DNA of 64,000 nucleotides from the NCBI RefSeq assembly GCF_009914755.1, contig NC_060926.1; one strand, written 5' to 3'. This DNA comes from the human T2T-CHM13v2.0 reference genome, Homo sapiens. The notes under the pieces were generated by a model. That model made no database searches and had not been told where the DNA came from. It was given only the letters and a program-made list of their open reading frames with translations. Below, piece by piece: positions 40,671-54,929 of the stretch. The position numbers and the translations under genes are program-made. Position 1 is the first letter of the stretch. Every line of letters begins with the position of its first letter.

Positions 40671-42881
40671 TACAAAATCATTCAGGTTAGTTGCCTATAA
40701 TTCTCATTTATCTCAACTTCTTAGCAGCTTAGAGCATACATACTAAGATTTATTTAAAATTTCTTTTTCCCTTCAACTTTCACAGACCTCTCTGACCAAT
40801 ACTGCAAGTACCTTGGGCACAGGAAGTAATGGCAAGCTTAAATGGTCCCTGGTTGGAAACACAAGTCAAGATCAGCTTCTGAGTTAAATATTTTATTTAT
40901 AGATTTAACACAGTGTCTGGCACAGTGTAAGCATGCAATAATATAAATGAAGTGAAAAAAAACTGATAGAGATAGGGATAGGAGTAAAGGGATACAGAAA
41001 AGAAAAGAAGTAAGAAGGGAAGGCGGTTTGACCAAAGGAAGGAAAAGGAAGGGGAGAAAGACTGCTGACTTAGCCATAGCACATACAACCACTTCCATTA
41101 GTTTTAAAAGCTCAAGAGAATTAACTTGTCTCATAGAGACCTAATGTAAATGTATAGGTTCATTTGCAAGACCGGATCAAGCAAACATATTTAATTATGT
41201 CATCTTCCTTAAGTGAAGGCAAATTGAAAGTATTCATTATGCAGTAGTTTAAATTCATTGAGTTAAATACCAAAGTGATATGTAATTTAAGTGTGGAGCA
41301 CTCTAAAATACTACAAAGCATATGCTGAAGAAGCAGTAAATAAGAATTTATAGAGAAAAGCAAAATCTTCAGTGATGGATTGGGCACTTCAATTAACTAA
41401 ATCACTCAAAAGCTAGAATTCAGTACACAAGAGAAACACACCTTAATAAGCTACCTATAAACATCCTGACTCATGAAGATGGACCATCTAGAGACTGCAG
41501 AGGCTGCTCTATTGAACAGGAGGCATATTTGAAATAACCGAAGAGCAGTCCTGCCGGAAAATAGAAGCAGGAACTTGAATTGATCTCTTCGGGCTTGAAA
41601 AACCCTTTGGCCAGAATCAAAATGGTGTTTCGCTCTATTATCCCTTTTGTGGAGGAAGAAGCAAATTATCATAAATCATGCTGTGTATGTTTGTCCCATA
41701 AAAAGAGGAGGCATCACAACCTCGCAGGGGGCACTGGTGCTTCCTCAGAGCGACTTCAGTGGGAAATAAGAAGGGAATGAGAGAACAATCACACAACACA
41801 AATCTTTAGCAAGCTGATAGCTGAAAAAAACTGTAAACCATATCAAGTTTGGGTACAGTACTCACACTATCATATTAGGGCTTATTTTCTCAAGATTGTG
41901 ATACTTCACCCCAAAACCTTCTAGTGACTCTATACCTCTATTTTTTATACATATAATTAAGGTATATTTCGAGCTATAACAGGGCAATTGTTTATTCCAG
42001 AAACATTTGCTGGGTAAATAACAGTAGGTAAACCCTTGCTTCAGGAATGTTTTGTATCTTAGAAAGTGTTTTTAACATAAATTTTTAAACACACAGAAAA
42101 TTTGATAAAATAGTATATTAAACACACTTATCAAAGAGTTATTAATATTTTGCTAATCTTGTTGCATCTACTTTCTGCCCTCCCACCTGTCTTCTTTCCC
42201 TCCCTCTCTCCCTTCCTCCCTCTCTCCCTTCCTTGCTTCCTTCTCTCTTTGCTAAAATATTTTAAAGTGAATCCTGGGCCGCTTATTGTCAATAAATTAC
42301 TTCAGGCTATCTTTAAAAAAATGAAGACTTTCCTTAAAGACAAATCCATAATTTTTAAGATACACCTAAAATAATTGATCTTCATTCCTTAATATGCAAT
42401 AACCAGTTTATAATAAAATTACCATAATTGTCTCAAAGAATATATTTTTGTTAAGTTTGTTCAAATAAGGATAAGAACAAAATATACATATGCATTTGGT
42501 TACGTCTTCTAAATTTTTTTAGTTTCCCATAGCAAATTTGTAACTAGTTTATTTGTTGATAAAACTAGATCATTTGGCCTGTAGGCTTTTGCACTTCCTA
42601 ATGATTACAATGTTATATATATATATATAAAATCTATACTTTCTTTCTTTTCTTAACCAGGTAGTTAGATCTAAAGGCTTAGTGATATTTAGGTTAAATT
42701 ATTTTTGTAATAAGAGGTGTCGCTCGGTACTTCCAATTGCATCGTACCAGAGAGTATGATATCTTTCTGTCTATTTCACTTTTAATGATTTTGACTTTGG
42801 TCAGTGGACTTAGGTGTTGTCAGCCTAATCCATTCATTATAAATTAATCACCAACCATTGCCTTAATGGTTTTACATCTAC

Positions 42882-43141
<260 letters not shown>

Positions 43142-43544
43142 TAGATACATTATTTTATTAGGAGTTAAAAAATGGTGATTTTCTAATTCCTTACTCCTTC
43201 TGCATTTATTGTCATGAGACAATGATTCATGGGTTTCCTGCATTTCTTCACATTTTGAGAGCAGTTGTGCAAATACACCTTTGCTCCAAAATACCTTTTC
43301 AAAGATGTATGTATAATGAACAGGTTCAAAAGATAGGGATGACAACTTTGTCTGGAGCATAGAGCAGGGTTTTTTTTGTGTGTTTTTGTTGTTGTTGTTG
43401 TTGTTTGCTTTTTGGTGTAATAAAGATAATGACTTCTTCCGTAGCAAAAGTTGAATAAGTTTGTTTGAAGTCCATTATAAAAGATCATCATTTCCAAAGC
43501 TTGAAGTGCCTCTCTTTTAACGGAATTCACTGTGTATGCTGACA

Positions 43545-43748
43545 TCACCTGACCCTCATGACATTACTCTGTAGAAATTGGAGTTTGGGGAACCAATGTA
43601 AGAAAATAGCTACTGCTATTGATTAGAGTAATCAACTGTCCTTTTGGTGTTCCCCAGGAGACACTTGTCTCCTGCCAGCAGCCCCAAAACTGGCAGGCTA
43701 ACTTCTGGGATTTCAAGTAAAGTATCAGGTCTTTCATAATTCTTGATA
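43545..43748 (+). mobile_element. ERV1 LTR 3' fragment (MER90/MER110-like)
   Basis: TGGAGTTTGGGGAAC...TGTCTCCTGCCAG...GGCAGGCTAACTT...TTCTTGATA, homologous to 63600-63802. Confidence 0.6.
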
Positions 43749-44981
43749 CTAGCTGGGACTCTTCTACAAGGAAGAACTTTATTTTATCACATATTTGGTT
43801 CCTCTAGTGGGAGTTCCTATAGAAAAAACAGGATTATGTTTATTTTTCCATTTTTATACACAAGTTTTCAGAATGAAGTGCTATGCATCAAATCCCCAAA
43901 ATTATCTATTAGTTTTCTTTTATATTTTAAGTTTTTTAGTATCACTACCAACTCGTGAAATGTTATATATTTCAGTTGTTATCATTGAAAACCATGGTTC
44001 TGATGCCAAATTGTCCCATTTTTGGCCAGTGGGGACCATTGTTAGTTTTGGTATTCATCTGATGTAATCCCATAGCTTTGGATAGATTCCTTGCTTTCTG
44101 GTCCAAATTTCTTTTTATCCCTTTCCAGTCACAGTCCTGAAATCAGTTATTTCTCCAAAGAACATGTTTGTATTTGTGGGAAATTCTACTTGGAGATTAC
44201 AACTGAGATGCTAGATGTTTTTATTGCTAATGCTTTTATTGTTTCTAAATAATAAAATAAGTGAATATTTTTAGAAAAATATATGAGTTTATAATGATAT
44301 TTCCAGATGAATACATTAATATTTTAGGGATTTTATTTAACTTGGATGATTTTATTTATATTTGTGTGTATTTTCTCTTATGCTAAAAATATTGGTTCCT
44401 AGTCAAATTAAATTAACTACTGATATACTATGTGTACTGTAGGTAAATGACAGATACATGAATTTTAAAATAGCAATATTAATATTACTCTAAAAATAAT
44501 GCTACTGAATAAAATTTTAAAATTCTTTGTTGTCCTTTTTTTCTTAAGATATATATTCAAAACCTTATATAGTCTAACCCTAGGTTTTACCATGAATTGA
44601 AATAATTTTATGTGAATAAGATGCCAACTTTACATATAATTAATGTTTCTATTTATTTTTAATTTTCAAAGATTTCATATGGTAAATTTTCCTTTTTTGG
44701 TGTACAGTTACATACGTTTGTACACAGGCATTGATTGTTTTAACTACTATCACAGAAAGCATATAGAATGATTCTAACATTCCCAAAGAATTCCCTTTTT
44801 TACAATCAAACCTGTGCTCCACCCCTAAACCTGCCCCTTAGATATATACTATTGAACTGATTTTCTAACATGTGAATTGCAGCCAATAACAATATGTCTT
44901 CATCTGTTGGGTTTGTTGGGGGTACTTTGCTAACTATGTTTTATTTACAATGTGACTTAGGGCTTATTTTTTCTTAGTTCG

Positions 44982-44982
<1 letters not shown>

Positions 44983-45012
<30 letters not shown>
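44983..45012 (+). repeat. (TG)15 microsatellite
   Basis: Uninterrupted TG run of 30 bp. Confidence 0.95.
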
Positions 45013-45014
<2 letters not shown>

Positions 45015-45174
45015 GTTTTTTTTTAAGGAGAATTTAAGAATATTCTAACAGTTACACCTTTGCCTCTATCTTGCATCTGTTTGAACACCAGCTATGTCGC
45101 ACTGGAAAAACATCATAGTCACAGCGCACCTAACTTACTTGAAAACATGCAGTTTTCTCCCAGGCAGTAAGAAA

Positions 45175-45765
45175 CCAGAAATATTTGTGAGGTGCCTATT
45201 GTATGCCAAACATTGTGCCAAGGATTTATGCTATAGTTTGAATGTGTTTTCCAAAGTTCATATGTTGGAAACTTAATCTCCAATTTAACAGTGTTGGAAG
45301 GTGGGGCCCAATGGCAGGTGTCTAGGATATGAGGGCTCTGGACTCATGAATGGATTAATGTCATTGCCATGGGAGTGGGTTTATTATAACGGTGAATTTG
45401 GGCTTCCTTGCCTCCTCTCTTGCGTAAACTCTTTTCCCCTTTGGCCTTTGCCGGGATAACCTGGCAAACAGGCTCTCACCAGATGCAGCCCCTTGATCTT
45501 GGACTTCCTAGCCTCCAGAACTTGAGCCAAAAAATGTCTATTTACTATAAATTACCAAACTTCAGGTATTCTGTTAGAGCACCACAAAACAGAATAAGAT
45601 AATTTACTTCAATGTATTATCTCATTTAATTTTCATAATTAGCCTTTGAATTTAGCATTATTAAACCAATTTAATGCTAGCATATACAGTCTTGAAAAGA
45701 TTAATTAACTCAGAGTCACGTAACTATGAAAAGTACAGCCCACATTCACAATGATATCTGTCTAT
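45175..45765 (-). mobile_element. MIR split by an MST LTR
   Basis: GTGCCTATTGTATGCCAAACATTGTGCCAAG before the LTR and TATTATCTCATTTAATTTTCATAAT after it. Confidence 0.65.
45229..45601 (+). mobile_element. MSTB-like solo LTR
   Basis: TGCTATAGTTTGAATG...CTTGGACTTCCTAGCCTCCAGAAC...AATAAGATA. Perfect 5-bp TSD ATTTA. Confidence 0.88.
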
Positions 45766-45982
45766 ATCTCTCTAGTTTCATCCCTCATATCTTCCTATAC
45801 TTCTTCCTGTAAGGTTTAGTTAAAATTTGAACTATGTCTCTGGTTGGAGAAAAACTAGTAAGCAACTTAAAAGCATTGAAATGATAATTTGTATATTAAA
45901 CCTATAATTCAATAAATGTTGACCTAAATTAAAAATGTAATCTGTATAGCAAAATATCCTCCAAAATCTATATTAAGAAATA

Positions 45983-46467
45983 CAGTTGATCCATTAACAA
46001 CACAGGGATTATGGGCACCAAACCCTCACTCACAGGGTCAAAAGTTCATATATAACTTTTGATTCCCCCAAAACTTTACTAGTAGCCTACAGTGACTGGA
46101 AGCCTTACTGATAACATAAATTGTGGATGAACACATATTTTACATGTTATATGTATTACATATTATATTTTCAGTGTATTCTCTAGTAAGCTAGAGAAAA
46201 TAAAATGTTATTAAGAAAAGCATAAGAAGATAAAATATATTTACTATTTATTAAATGGAAATGATCATCATAAAGGTATTTGTTCTCATCTTCACGTCGA
46301 GTAGGCTGAGGAGGAGGAGGAAGAGGAGGGGCGGCAGAGGCAGAAGAGATGGAAGAGATGGAAGGCGAGGCAAAAGAGGCAGGCATACTTGGGATACTTT
46401 TTATTGAAAAATATACATGTATAAGTGAACTCTACAGTTCAAACCCATGTTGTTCAAGGGCCAACCT
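45983..46467 (+). mobile_element. Tigger2a-like non-autonomous DNA transposon
   Basis: TA|CAGTTGATCCATTAACAACAC and GTTGTTCAAGGGCCAAC are decayed TIRs of the CAGTTGACCCTTGAACAAC type. Internal GAGTAGGCTGAGGAGGAGGAGG. Confidence 0.85.
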
Positions 46468-48723
46468 TCCAGATAAAGATGATTACTCATAATAATACCT
46501 CATTAATAGTGATAAAAATCAGATCATTGCGTTGGGTAAGAGTTAGTGAAAGAAATTACAAAGAGGACAGGGAGCTTTCTGGAGAGATAAAAATATTCCA
46601 TAGCCTGATTATTGTGGTACTTACATAAATGTACACTTAATATTTGTGAAGTTTATTCTGTGCAAATTAAACCAAATTATTTATGATGCTCTAAACACAA
46701 TATATGACTAGAGTGTTTACTGACTTCAAGGCCAATAAAACTCCATGGAAAATGAAAACTTAAGCCTACTAGCAAAAATAAAGCATATTGTTCCAATTGA
46801 AGTGATTTGAATTACAGTAAATCTTCTACCATTTTTGTAACTCCTCTGATTAGGGAAAATGGAGAATGTCAGAACTTAATGGTTTTTGAAATTAAAGATA
46901 ATAAAAATGAATAAATTCTTACAAAATTAATTTTGTGATAACACGTGAATAAATGAAAGCATAAATATAGCAAAAAGTATTAATCGGTTAATTTAATTAT
47001 GAATAATAACATACATATATAATTAATTTTTAAATAAGCAAAATTAATGTTTTAATTAGAAAATGTTATTTACTAAAAAATGGGAAACCTGATACATGAA
47101 ACTTACAAAACTATCAAAAATTAGATTCAAAATAATATTCTATGCCATATAATTTTATTGGCAATTGCTTTTCAAATGTTTAAAAAGTGATTATTCTATA
47201 AGTGTTCCTAAATAGAAAATATAGAAAGCTTACTGATTCATTGTAGATACAGAATACAAAAATCATTCATATCAAAATAAAAATATATGCAGTTATGTGG
47301 ATTTTCTTATAAAAATGCACCACAATATTAGAAAATCTACCAATCTAATGTCACATTAATATATTTAAATTTTTTAGTAAGCATCCAAATCCTGTAATTC
47401 CAATGATAAGTCTCTATATGGAGAAAAGACATGAAAAGTCTGGCTAATATTTTGTAAAAATTATTTTCATTTATTTCATTTTGAAATGAGAAGTTTCACT
47501 TCTGATAATTGCAGGGTAGCTTTTGTAAGGATTGATCCTCCCATGAAAAGCATTATAAACTGTGGACAAAATATAGAAAGGCAAACACACACATACACAC
47601 TCATATCCCCCCACCCATACACACTCCAATTCACACCTACCTCTATTTGAAGATACTAGAGAGTGAACAAAAGCAAGTACAATCCGGAGAGATTTTGTTC
47701 TTTGAAAGAAGAAATGCCAGTGAGGGATTGAATGGCATACTTACTTCACAGGTTTTCCCCAAGAGAACTCTCCAGTTCACATGATCCAGCATATGAAGAA
47801 CTCAAGCAGAAAACTTCAGTCTTACTGTCTTCAGACTTCAGGAGACAAAGTTCAAGATTGCCTGAGAAGTTAGAAATTGAAGAGGAGAATCCCAGTAAGG
47901 AGGGGGCCATGGATGGAGAGTTCACAAACCTACTTATAAACTTTCTTCCAATTTTTAGTAGTTCATGAGTTGTGCATGTGAAGGGGGTGGATACTATGAA
48001 ATCTGATGTAATACACCCCCTGGAAGGCTGAATAAGTTAAGCAGAAGTTTCAACTGTCATCAATCTCAGAAAAAGAACAGATACTGTCATTTCAATGCTA
48101 CCAAGTTAAAATGCCTTGGTAAATATCTCATGCTTTGCATTGAAATATTGGAAGTGACATGCTACAGGAGTAAAGACTACATTACACAATTAAAGAGACC
48201 AGGCCTAACAAATATAAAATCAAGCCTCTATAAGTTCAAGGTGATAAGCCAGTTTATTAAGTGTTTAATACCAAAAAATTTAGTATTGTTAAAAGGACAA
48301 TAATAGGTTAAAAGATGTCTACAGCATATCATCCATTCTGTCCATTATAAAGTAAAAATTAAAGGATATATGAACTACCGTAAAAATGTGACATGGACAA
48401 AAGTACCTATAAAAATAGACACTGGGATGACCCAGATTTTGAAATCAGCAGATGAGAACTTTAAAACAGCTATTATAAATATGTTCAAAGAAAAAAATAT
48501 TATCAAAATGAGTTAATAGGTGTAGAATATCAGCTGAGAATTAGGAACTGTAAAAGGAATCCCAATAGAAATTTAAACTGCAATATAAATCTTTTTAATT
48601 CCATGGATTGGCATAAATAGGAGATTGGAGACTGTAGAATTAATGTTTATTAAACTTTAAGGCTGAACAATAGACAATACTTTGGAAAACACAGAGAAGG
48701 TTAAGAATAAAAGCTTTGATTAA

Positions 48724-49034
<311 letters not shown>

Positions 49035-49682
49035 CCTGCATTTTAAGATATGTGTAATTTGATGTGTAGAGGAGAAAATAAAATGGGGGAGAAGAAACAA
49101 TTGAAGAAATGATAATTGAAACCTTCCCAAATTTGGTGAAATATGTTACTATACAGATACAGAAATCTTAGCAAACCCTAAGCAGGATAAATACAAATAC
49201 AACCACCCATAGCACATCATATTCAAAGTTCTGAAAATCAAAGATGAAAGTAAAATTGTAAAAACTGATGGGATAAGAGTACAATATATTATATAATGAG
49301 GAATAAAAGTATAATTCTTACCCAGATTATCAATAGAAGCAATAGACATATAGGACAATGGAATGACATATTTAAAATGAAAAAAGAAAAAATAGCCTAC
49401 AATTCTGTATTTAGAAAAAAACTGAACTGATGTTGAAATATAGATATGTTCAGAGTAATAAAGTCTAAGATGCAAACAACACTTGTTTTTGAAAAGTGCT
49501 GAAAAAGATCTTCAGACTGAAATATCACAGATGATATCATTATTTGTGTAGAAAAATATAAAAACAAAACTAATAAAACTAATAAATTGTACAAAGTCAT
49601 TGTGTACCAGGACAATATAAAAAATAATTGTGGTTTTTACATTCCAGTGGAAAATCATTTTCAAATGACAATTAAAATTTTT

Positions 49683-50030
49683 GACCCATTGCAGTGGGTC
49701 ATGCCTATAATCCCCGCATTTTGGGAGGCAGAGGCTGCAGAATTGTTTGAGCCCAGAAGTTTGAGACCAGGTTGGGTAACATAGAGAGACCTCATCTCTA
49801 CAAATAATTTTAAAAATTAGCTGGGCATAGTGGCGCATGCCTGTGGTCCCAGCTACTCAGAAGGCTAAGCGGGGAGAATCACTGGAGCCCAAGAGGTCAA
49901 GACTGCAGTGAGCTGTGATTGTGCCACTGCACTCCAGCCTGGGAGGGAAAACAAGACTCTCATCTCAACAAAATATATATACATATATATTTATATATTA
50001 TATATTATATTATATATTTTATATATAATA
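49683..50030 (+). mobile_element. AluJ with (TA)-rich tail
   Basis: GAGCCCAGAAGTTTGAGACC..GGTCAAGACTGCAGTGAGCTGTGATT, followed by AT-only low complexity at 49972-50030. Confidence 0.9.
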
Positions 50031-51039
50031 GAATTAAAGAAAAGTAAAATACTTGGAAATACAATTAACAAAAGTCTTGCAATGCTCCTACACAGAAACT
50101 GAGAAATTGCTGAGAGAAATAAAAGATAACAAATAAATCAAAACATGTTATACCAATGGATTGGAAACTATTATATTGTTTAGAGGTCATTTCTCCCCAA
50201 ACTGATATATAAATTAAATAAAATCACAATCAAAATCTCTACATAGTTTGATAGAAACTGGAAAGCTGATTCTATCATTTACATGGAAAATATCTAGAAT
50301 AGCCTAGAGCATCTTAAAGAAGAAAAACAAATGTGGAAGCCTTGTTAGCTTATTTAGAGATGTGCTACAACCTACAGTATTCACAACATGTAGTAGTGAA
50401 ATAAGAACAGTCATGTATAAGTATAATTGAATATACATACCAAAAATAGACTCACACTTACATAATCATTTGATTTTGTCCAAGCTGTGAAGGCAGTTTA
50501 CTGGGAAAAGGAGGTGTTTTTAATAAGTAGTGTTGAAAAACCTGATAAATGTGTACCAAAAAAATCTTAACCTTCATCTTTGATATACCTATCTCTAATT
50601 CATAAGATAATGGTTATTTTAAAATATTCCTCTTTGAATATGTATATATATGTATATATATAAACTTCTTAATTACAAATATATGAGCTAAACAACTTTA
50701 TTAGCAAAAAATGCCATTATGGTTATGCTAGCAGGAAATAAAGCAGTACATTTACCTCAAAGTGATATGTAGTAACTAGTGGCTGGCCATTATTCTTTCG
50801 GTAGTAACTAGAAGTATCTTGATAAATTACAAGAATCACATTTCTAAAAAACATCAGAGAGCTATGGAAACAAAAATGACTAGATAAAATGAAATCCTAT
50901 AGAAGGAAGAACTATTCTTCACTGAGCTGAGATTGACAACCAGTTTCTCCTCTGGGGTCTTTGAGTGGCTGAGATTTGGGCTGAAATATGAGGACGGTTT
51001 AGCAGAGAATCTCTAGTGGAGGAAACTCCATCACCTTGT

Positions 51040-51224
51040 GGGGATGAAACTGTCTTGGAGCTTGACTGTAGTGATGGATATACAAATCAACACTGTGATT
51101 TAATTGCATAGAAGTGCACACATAATCACATGCACATAAGTAAATGTAAAACTAGGGAAATCTGAATAAGATAAATGGATTATATCACTATAAAATTTAT
51201 TAGTTTTGATATTGTACTATAGTT
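51040..51224 (+). mobile_element. L1MD-like 3' UTR fragment, followed by an antisense L1 fragment (~51225-51318)
   Basis: GTAAAACTAGGGAAATCTGAATAAGAT...GATATTGTACTATAGTT, then CCCCAGTCCCTGGCAATGACTAAT...CTATAATTTTGTCA. Confidence 0.7.
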
Positions 51225-51724
51225 GCTCATTTATAACCCACTGACCTTACTCCAGCCCATCTCGCTGTCCCCAGTCCCTGGCAATGACTAATTTTTCCTC
51301 CATCTATAATTTTGTCACAATATTTCTCCATTATAGTTTTTTATAATACTAAAACATTTTCTTTTATTTTATACCATAAATAAGCACAAAACATAATAAA
51401 ATATAATGTTAGAAACTACTGTTCTTTTACTTGGTCTGCATTTGCATATTGGAATTTAATAAATTACTATACTCTATGTGCTTCTATTTTTATCCTATAT
51501 CCAATGTGTTACGAGCATTATTATCCTCACCTATAGCTTTAACCACTACCAGGTCCTGGAAGTCCCTATAACTCTACCTTTACCGAGACACTTTCTTCTG
51601 AGGTCCTGACCTGTTTACCACATGGTCTAATGATCTCTTCATAGCTATTTCAAATACAACATATCCAAAATTGAATCTACCCTTCTCTGCTTTCTTCTCA
51701 CCTCACATACCCCATACCCTATTT

Positions 51725-51985
51725 TCTACACATATAATATACATATATATATCTCTACATAGATAGATCTGCAGAAGTATGCAGATCTGTATATGGAATA
51801 GGGTATATGAGGTGTTTTATATATATATATATGAAATGAGGTATGTGAGTTGTACATATATATCCATATATATGTGAGTTATACAGATATATATTCATAT
51901 ATATGTATATGTATATGAATGTGAGGAGTGTGTGTATATATATATCTCCTCATGTACATGAGATATATATATATATATCTCCATA
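51725..51985. repeat. Complex (TA)/(CA)/(TG) low-complexity tract with inverted repeats
   Basis: Multiple TATATA runs, AGATCTGCA-6nt-TGCAGATCT, and repeated TATGTGAGTT. Confidence 0.85.
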
Positions 51986-52121
51986 CACACGGAGAGAGGC
52001 TCTAATGACTTCATGCCAAAGTATATGCCTTCAATCACTGTTATAGGTCCCAGTTTCTGTGAATTTTAAATATATCACTACTTGGACAGTAGCTCTAAGG
52101 ATAATGTTAACTGTCCCTCAT

Positions 52122-52483
52122 TGTATTAGTCCATTTTCACACTGCTGATAAAGACATACCCAAGACTGGGCAATTAACAAAAGAAAGAGGTTGAATGAAC
52201 TCACAGTTCCACGTAGCTGTGGAGGCCTCACAATCATGGCGGGGGGTGAAAGGCACATCTCACATGACGGCAGACAGGGGCAGAGTGAGAGCCAAGTGAA
52301 GGGGGTTTCCCCTTATAAAACCATCAGATCTTGTGAGACTTATTCACTACCACAAGAACAGTGTGGGGGATACTGCCACCATGATTCAATTATCTCCCAC
52401 TGCTTCTCCCCTGCAACACAAGGGAATTACAGGAGCTACAGTTCAAGATGAGATTTGGGTGGGGACACAGCCAAACCATATCA
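52122..52483 (-). mobile_element. THE1B-like solo LTR
   Basis: TGTATTAGTCCATTTTCAC...CAGCCAAACCATATCA. Perfect TSD CTCAT. Confidence 0.93.
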
Positions 52484-53096
52484 CTCATCATCTTTCTTAT
52501 TTTCCAGCACATTGCGGGAAAAGCTCACTTCTTTTATGACAAGTCCGTTATTTTACTCCCTATTTAATCTTTTATGTTTCTTATTGATAAAATATTAATA
52601 ATATAAATTCCTACAAAAAGAAATAATTTTCATGGATTTTTAAAAATGTTATCCAGAAATGCATTTCCTTGCTCTGAGTGTGTATGGTTTGGGGTAGGAT
52701 TACTATACCTTCCATTTTCTTTAAGACAACTGTCTCAGATGCACTGATGATTTGCTTTCAATAAGAGCCATCAATCCTGTGCTGACTTTACCTCACTTTT
52801 TTTTCCCTTAAAATTTTGCAGAAAGAGGGATATGAATAACTAAGAAAATGCTGTGTTTTATGTTGCAATTATGACGATTCAAGGAAAATTTGGGAAGGAT
52901 GGAGGATTTCATGATTTGAAATAATAAATTACCACAGAATACTTAAGTATAGAGAAGAGGGACTTTGGGAGGCTTTCAAATACTGTCCATTGACATGAGC
53001 ACAGCGAGGTCAAGGACATTAAATACAAAATGTGAGAAAGTAAATAAATTTAACAGGGAAAAATGTCTTTTAAAAACTGAGTAAATGAAATTGAAG

Positions 53097-53403
53097 GGCT
53101 GGATGTGGTGGCTCACACCTGTCATCTCAGCACTTTGGGAGGCCAAGGCAGGAGGATCACTTGAGTTCAGGAGTTTAAGACGAGCCTGGGATCACTATTG
53201 TACTATAGTTGCTCATTTATAAACCATAGCAAAACCCCATCTCTACCAATAATAATAATACAAAATATTAGCTGGGCATGGTGGCACAAACCTGTGATCC
53301 GAAATACTTTGGAGGCTGAGGTGGGAGGATTGCTTTAGCCTAGGAGTGAAGTTTGCAGCGAGCAGTGAAAGTGGCTTTCAAAAAAAAAAAAAAAAAAAAA
53401 AAA
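53097..53403 (+). mobile_element. AluJ with foreign insertion (53191-53226) and right-arm deletion
   Basis: AluJ motifs GGAGGATCACTTGAG and GGTGGGAGGATTGC. Non-Alu sequence follows AGCCTGGG, and CACTGCACTCCAGCCTGGG is missing before the A tail. Confidence 0.9.
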
Positions 53404-54309
53404 GAGGAAAGAAATTGAGAACTCCTGTGGGCTAGATTTGCTTTGAGAAATACTGGACTCTCTACATATATTATTAAATATTATTTAAAATAGGAAGTCA
53501 AACTCTGTTTTTTGTGTATATGAGAAAAAAGTCAAATCAGTAGTGGAAAATTTTATTAATATATGTATGTAATATTAAGAGGTAATGTAAAAGTAATTTA
53601 ATAGGAAAAAAATTAGGCCTTAAAAAATTGCCTAATATGAATGGTATAGTAATTAGACTGGCTGGGAACATTTTCTAAAAATTAAGATAAATATTAAACT
53701 CCGTAACTATAGGTGGAGAAGATTAACAACTTATCTAGTGTTTAAACAAATAGAAGATATTTTTTTAAAAACCAACAAAAATGGATTAAAAATAATTCAA
53801 TAGAAATTATCTTGTCTGCCGTACTAAGATAATTACCCCCAATTTCTGAAATAATTTACTCTTCTAGCTTTACAATCACTGTTCTATCCATTATATTCTT
53901 TTATCTTTAAAACAATTATTTGAGCAAGTATTGGCAGTACTTTTTTTTCCTGGCTAAAATAGTGAAATCATTGCTAAATATCTATAATTATTTTTTATTA
54001 GATTTGTTCAGAAGGATGGCCAAACTGGCTATTATACTTGCTTTACTGGAAAGAAGCAAATATAAGTACATTCAATTTGTATATTATAGTACTATTGCTA
54101 AAACTTGTAATTGTTTTCATTTTAGATGTTTTTAAACATATTGTCATTTTATTTGTTAATTTCTTCCTAATTTAATATAATTATACATTAATCCATATGG
54201 AAATCGCCATGTGTAGGAAAGTACAGAAAAATAACAAAAATAAATGTGCTACTTCATGGCCCAGCTTGATGCTTCATTAAATGCAGAGTACACAAAATAT
54301 GAAATAATA

Positions 54310-54450
54310 AGGTGGCTGAAAGTTGTATCACTCCTGTCAGAGACCAGGGTTTGAATTCTGCCTCCACCCACTTATGAATTGTGTGACCTCAATACATTTA
54401 ATTAGCTTTTCTAAGCAACCACTTCATCATTTGTAAAATGTGGATAATAT
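54310..54450 (+). mobile_element. MIR
   Basis: GGGTTTGAATTCTGCCTCCACC..TGTGTGACCTC..CATCATTTGTAAAATGTGGATAAT. Confidence 0.7.
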
Positions 54451-54929
54451 TTTTTCATTTACCTTACTCATTGCCATGGAACTTCCATTTACCTTAAGAC
54501 AAATAACACCAAAAGACACACATACACACAAACTAGGAGGGATAACTTGCTATAATAGAAACTTCAGATTGCTGTGAGTGGCTAGTCACAGAGTTTTCTT
54601 TGAGGAGGTCACATTTATATGTTAGTTATTCTGTGAGTGCTATTTTTAATGAAGATTAGATCTACCTGCTGGGATGCCACAATACACATCCCTCATAAAG
54701 CTAAAGTTTAAAAAAAATGAACGAAGTTTTGTCAGTGTTTTGAAAGTTTAAAAGATTACTCAAAATAAGCTGTTTTATGGGATATTAACTTCCATTCTTC
54801 ACAGTTTCTCTTTCACAGATTATGACTAACTTTAAAACTTTCAACTTCTGTTGCATTTTTTTCTGTCCTCTCTAGACACTGTTTTGTTTGTATTCCAACT
54901 GTCAAGTTTAACCTTGTTCTTAAACCTGT

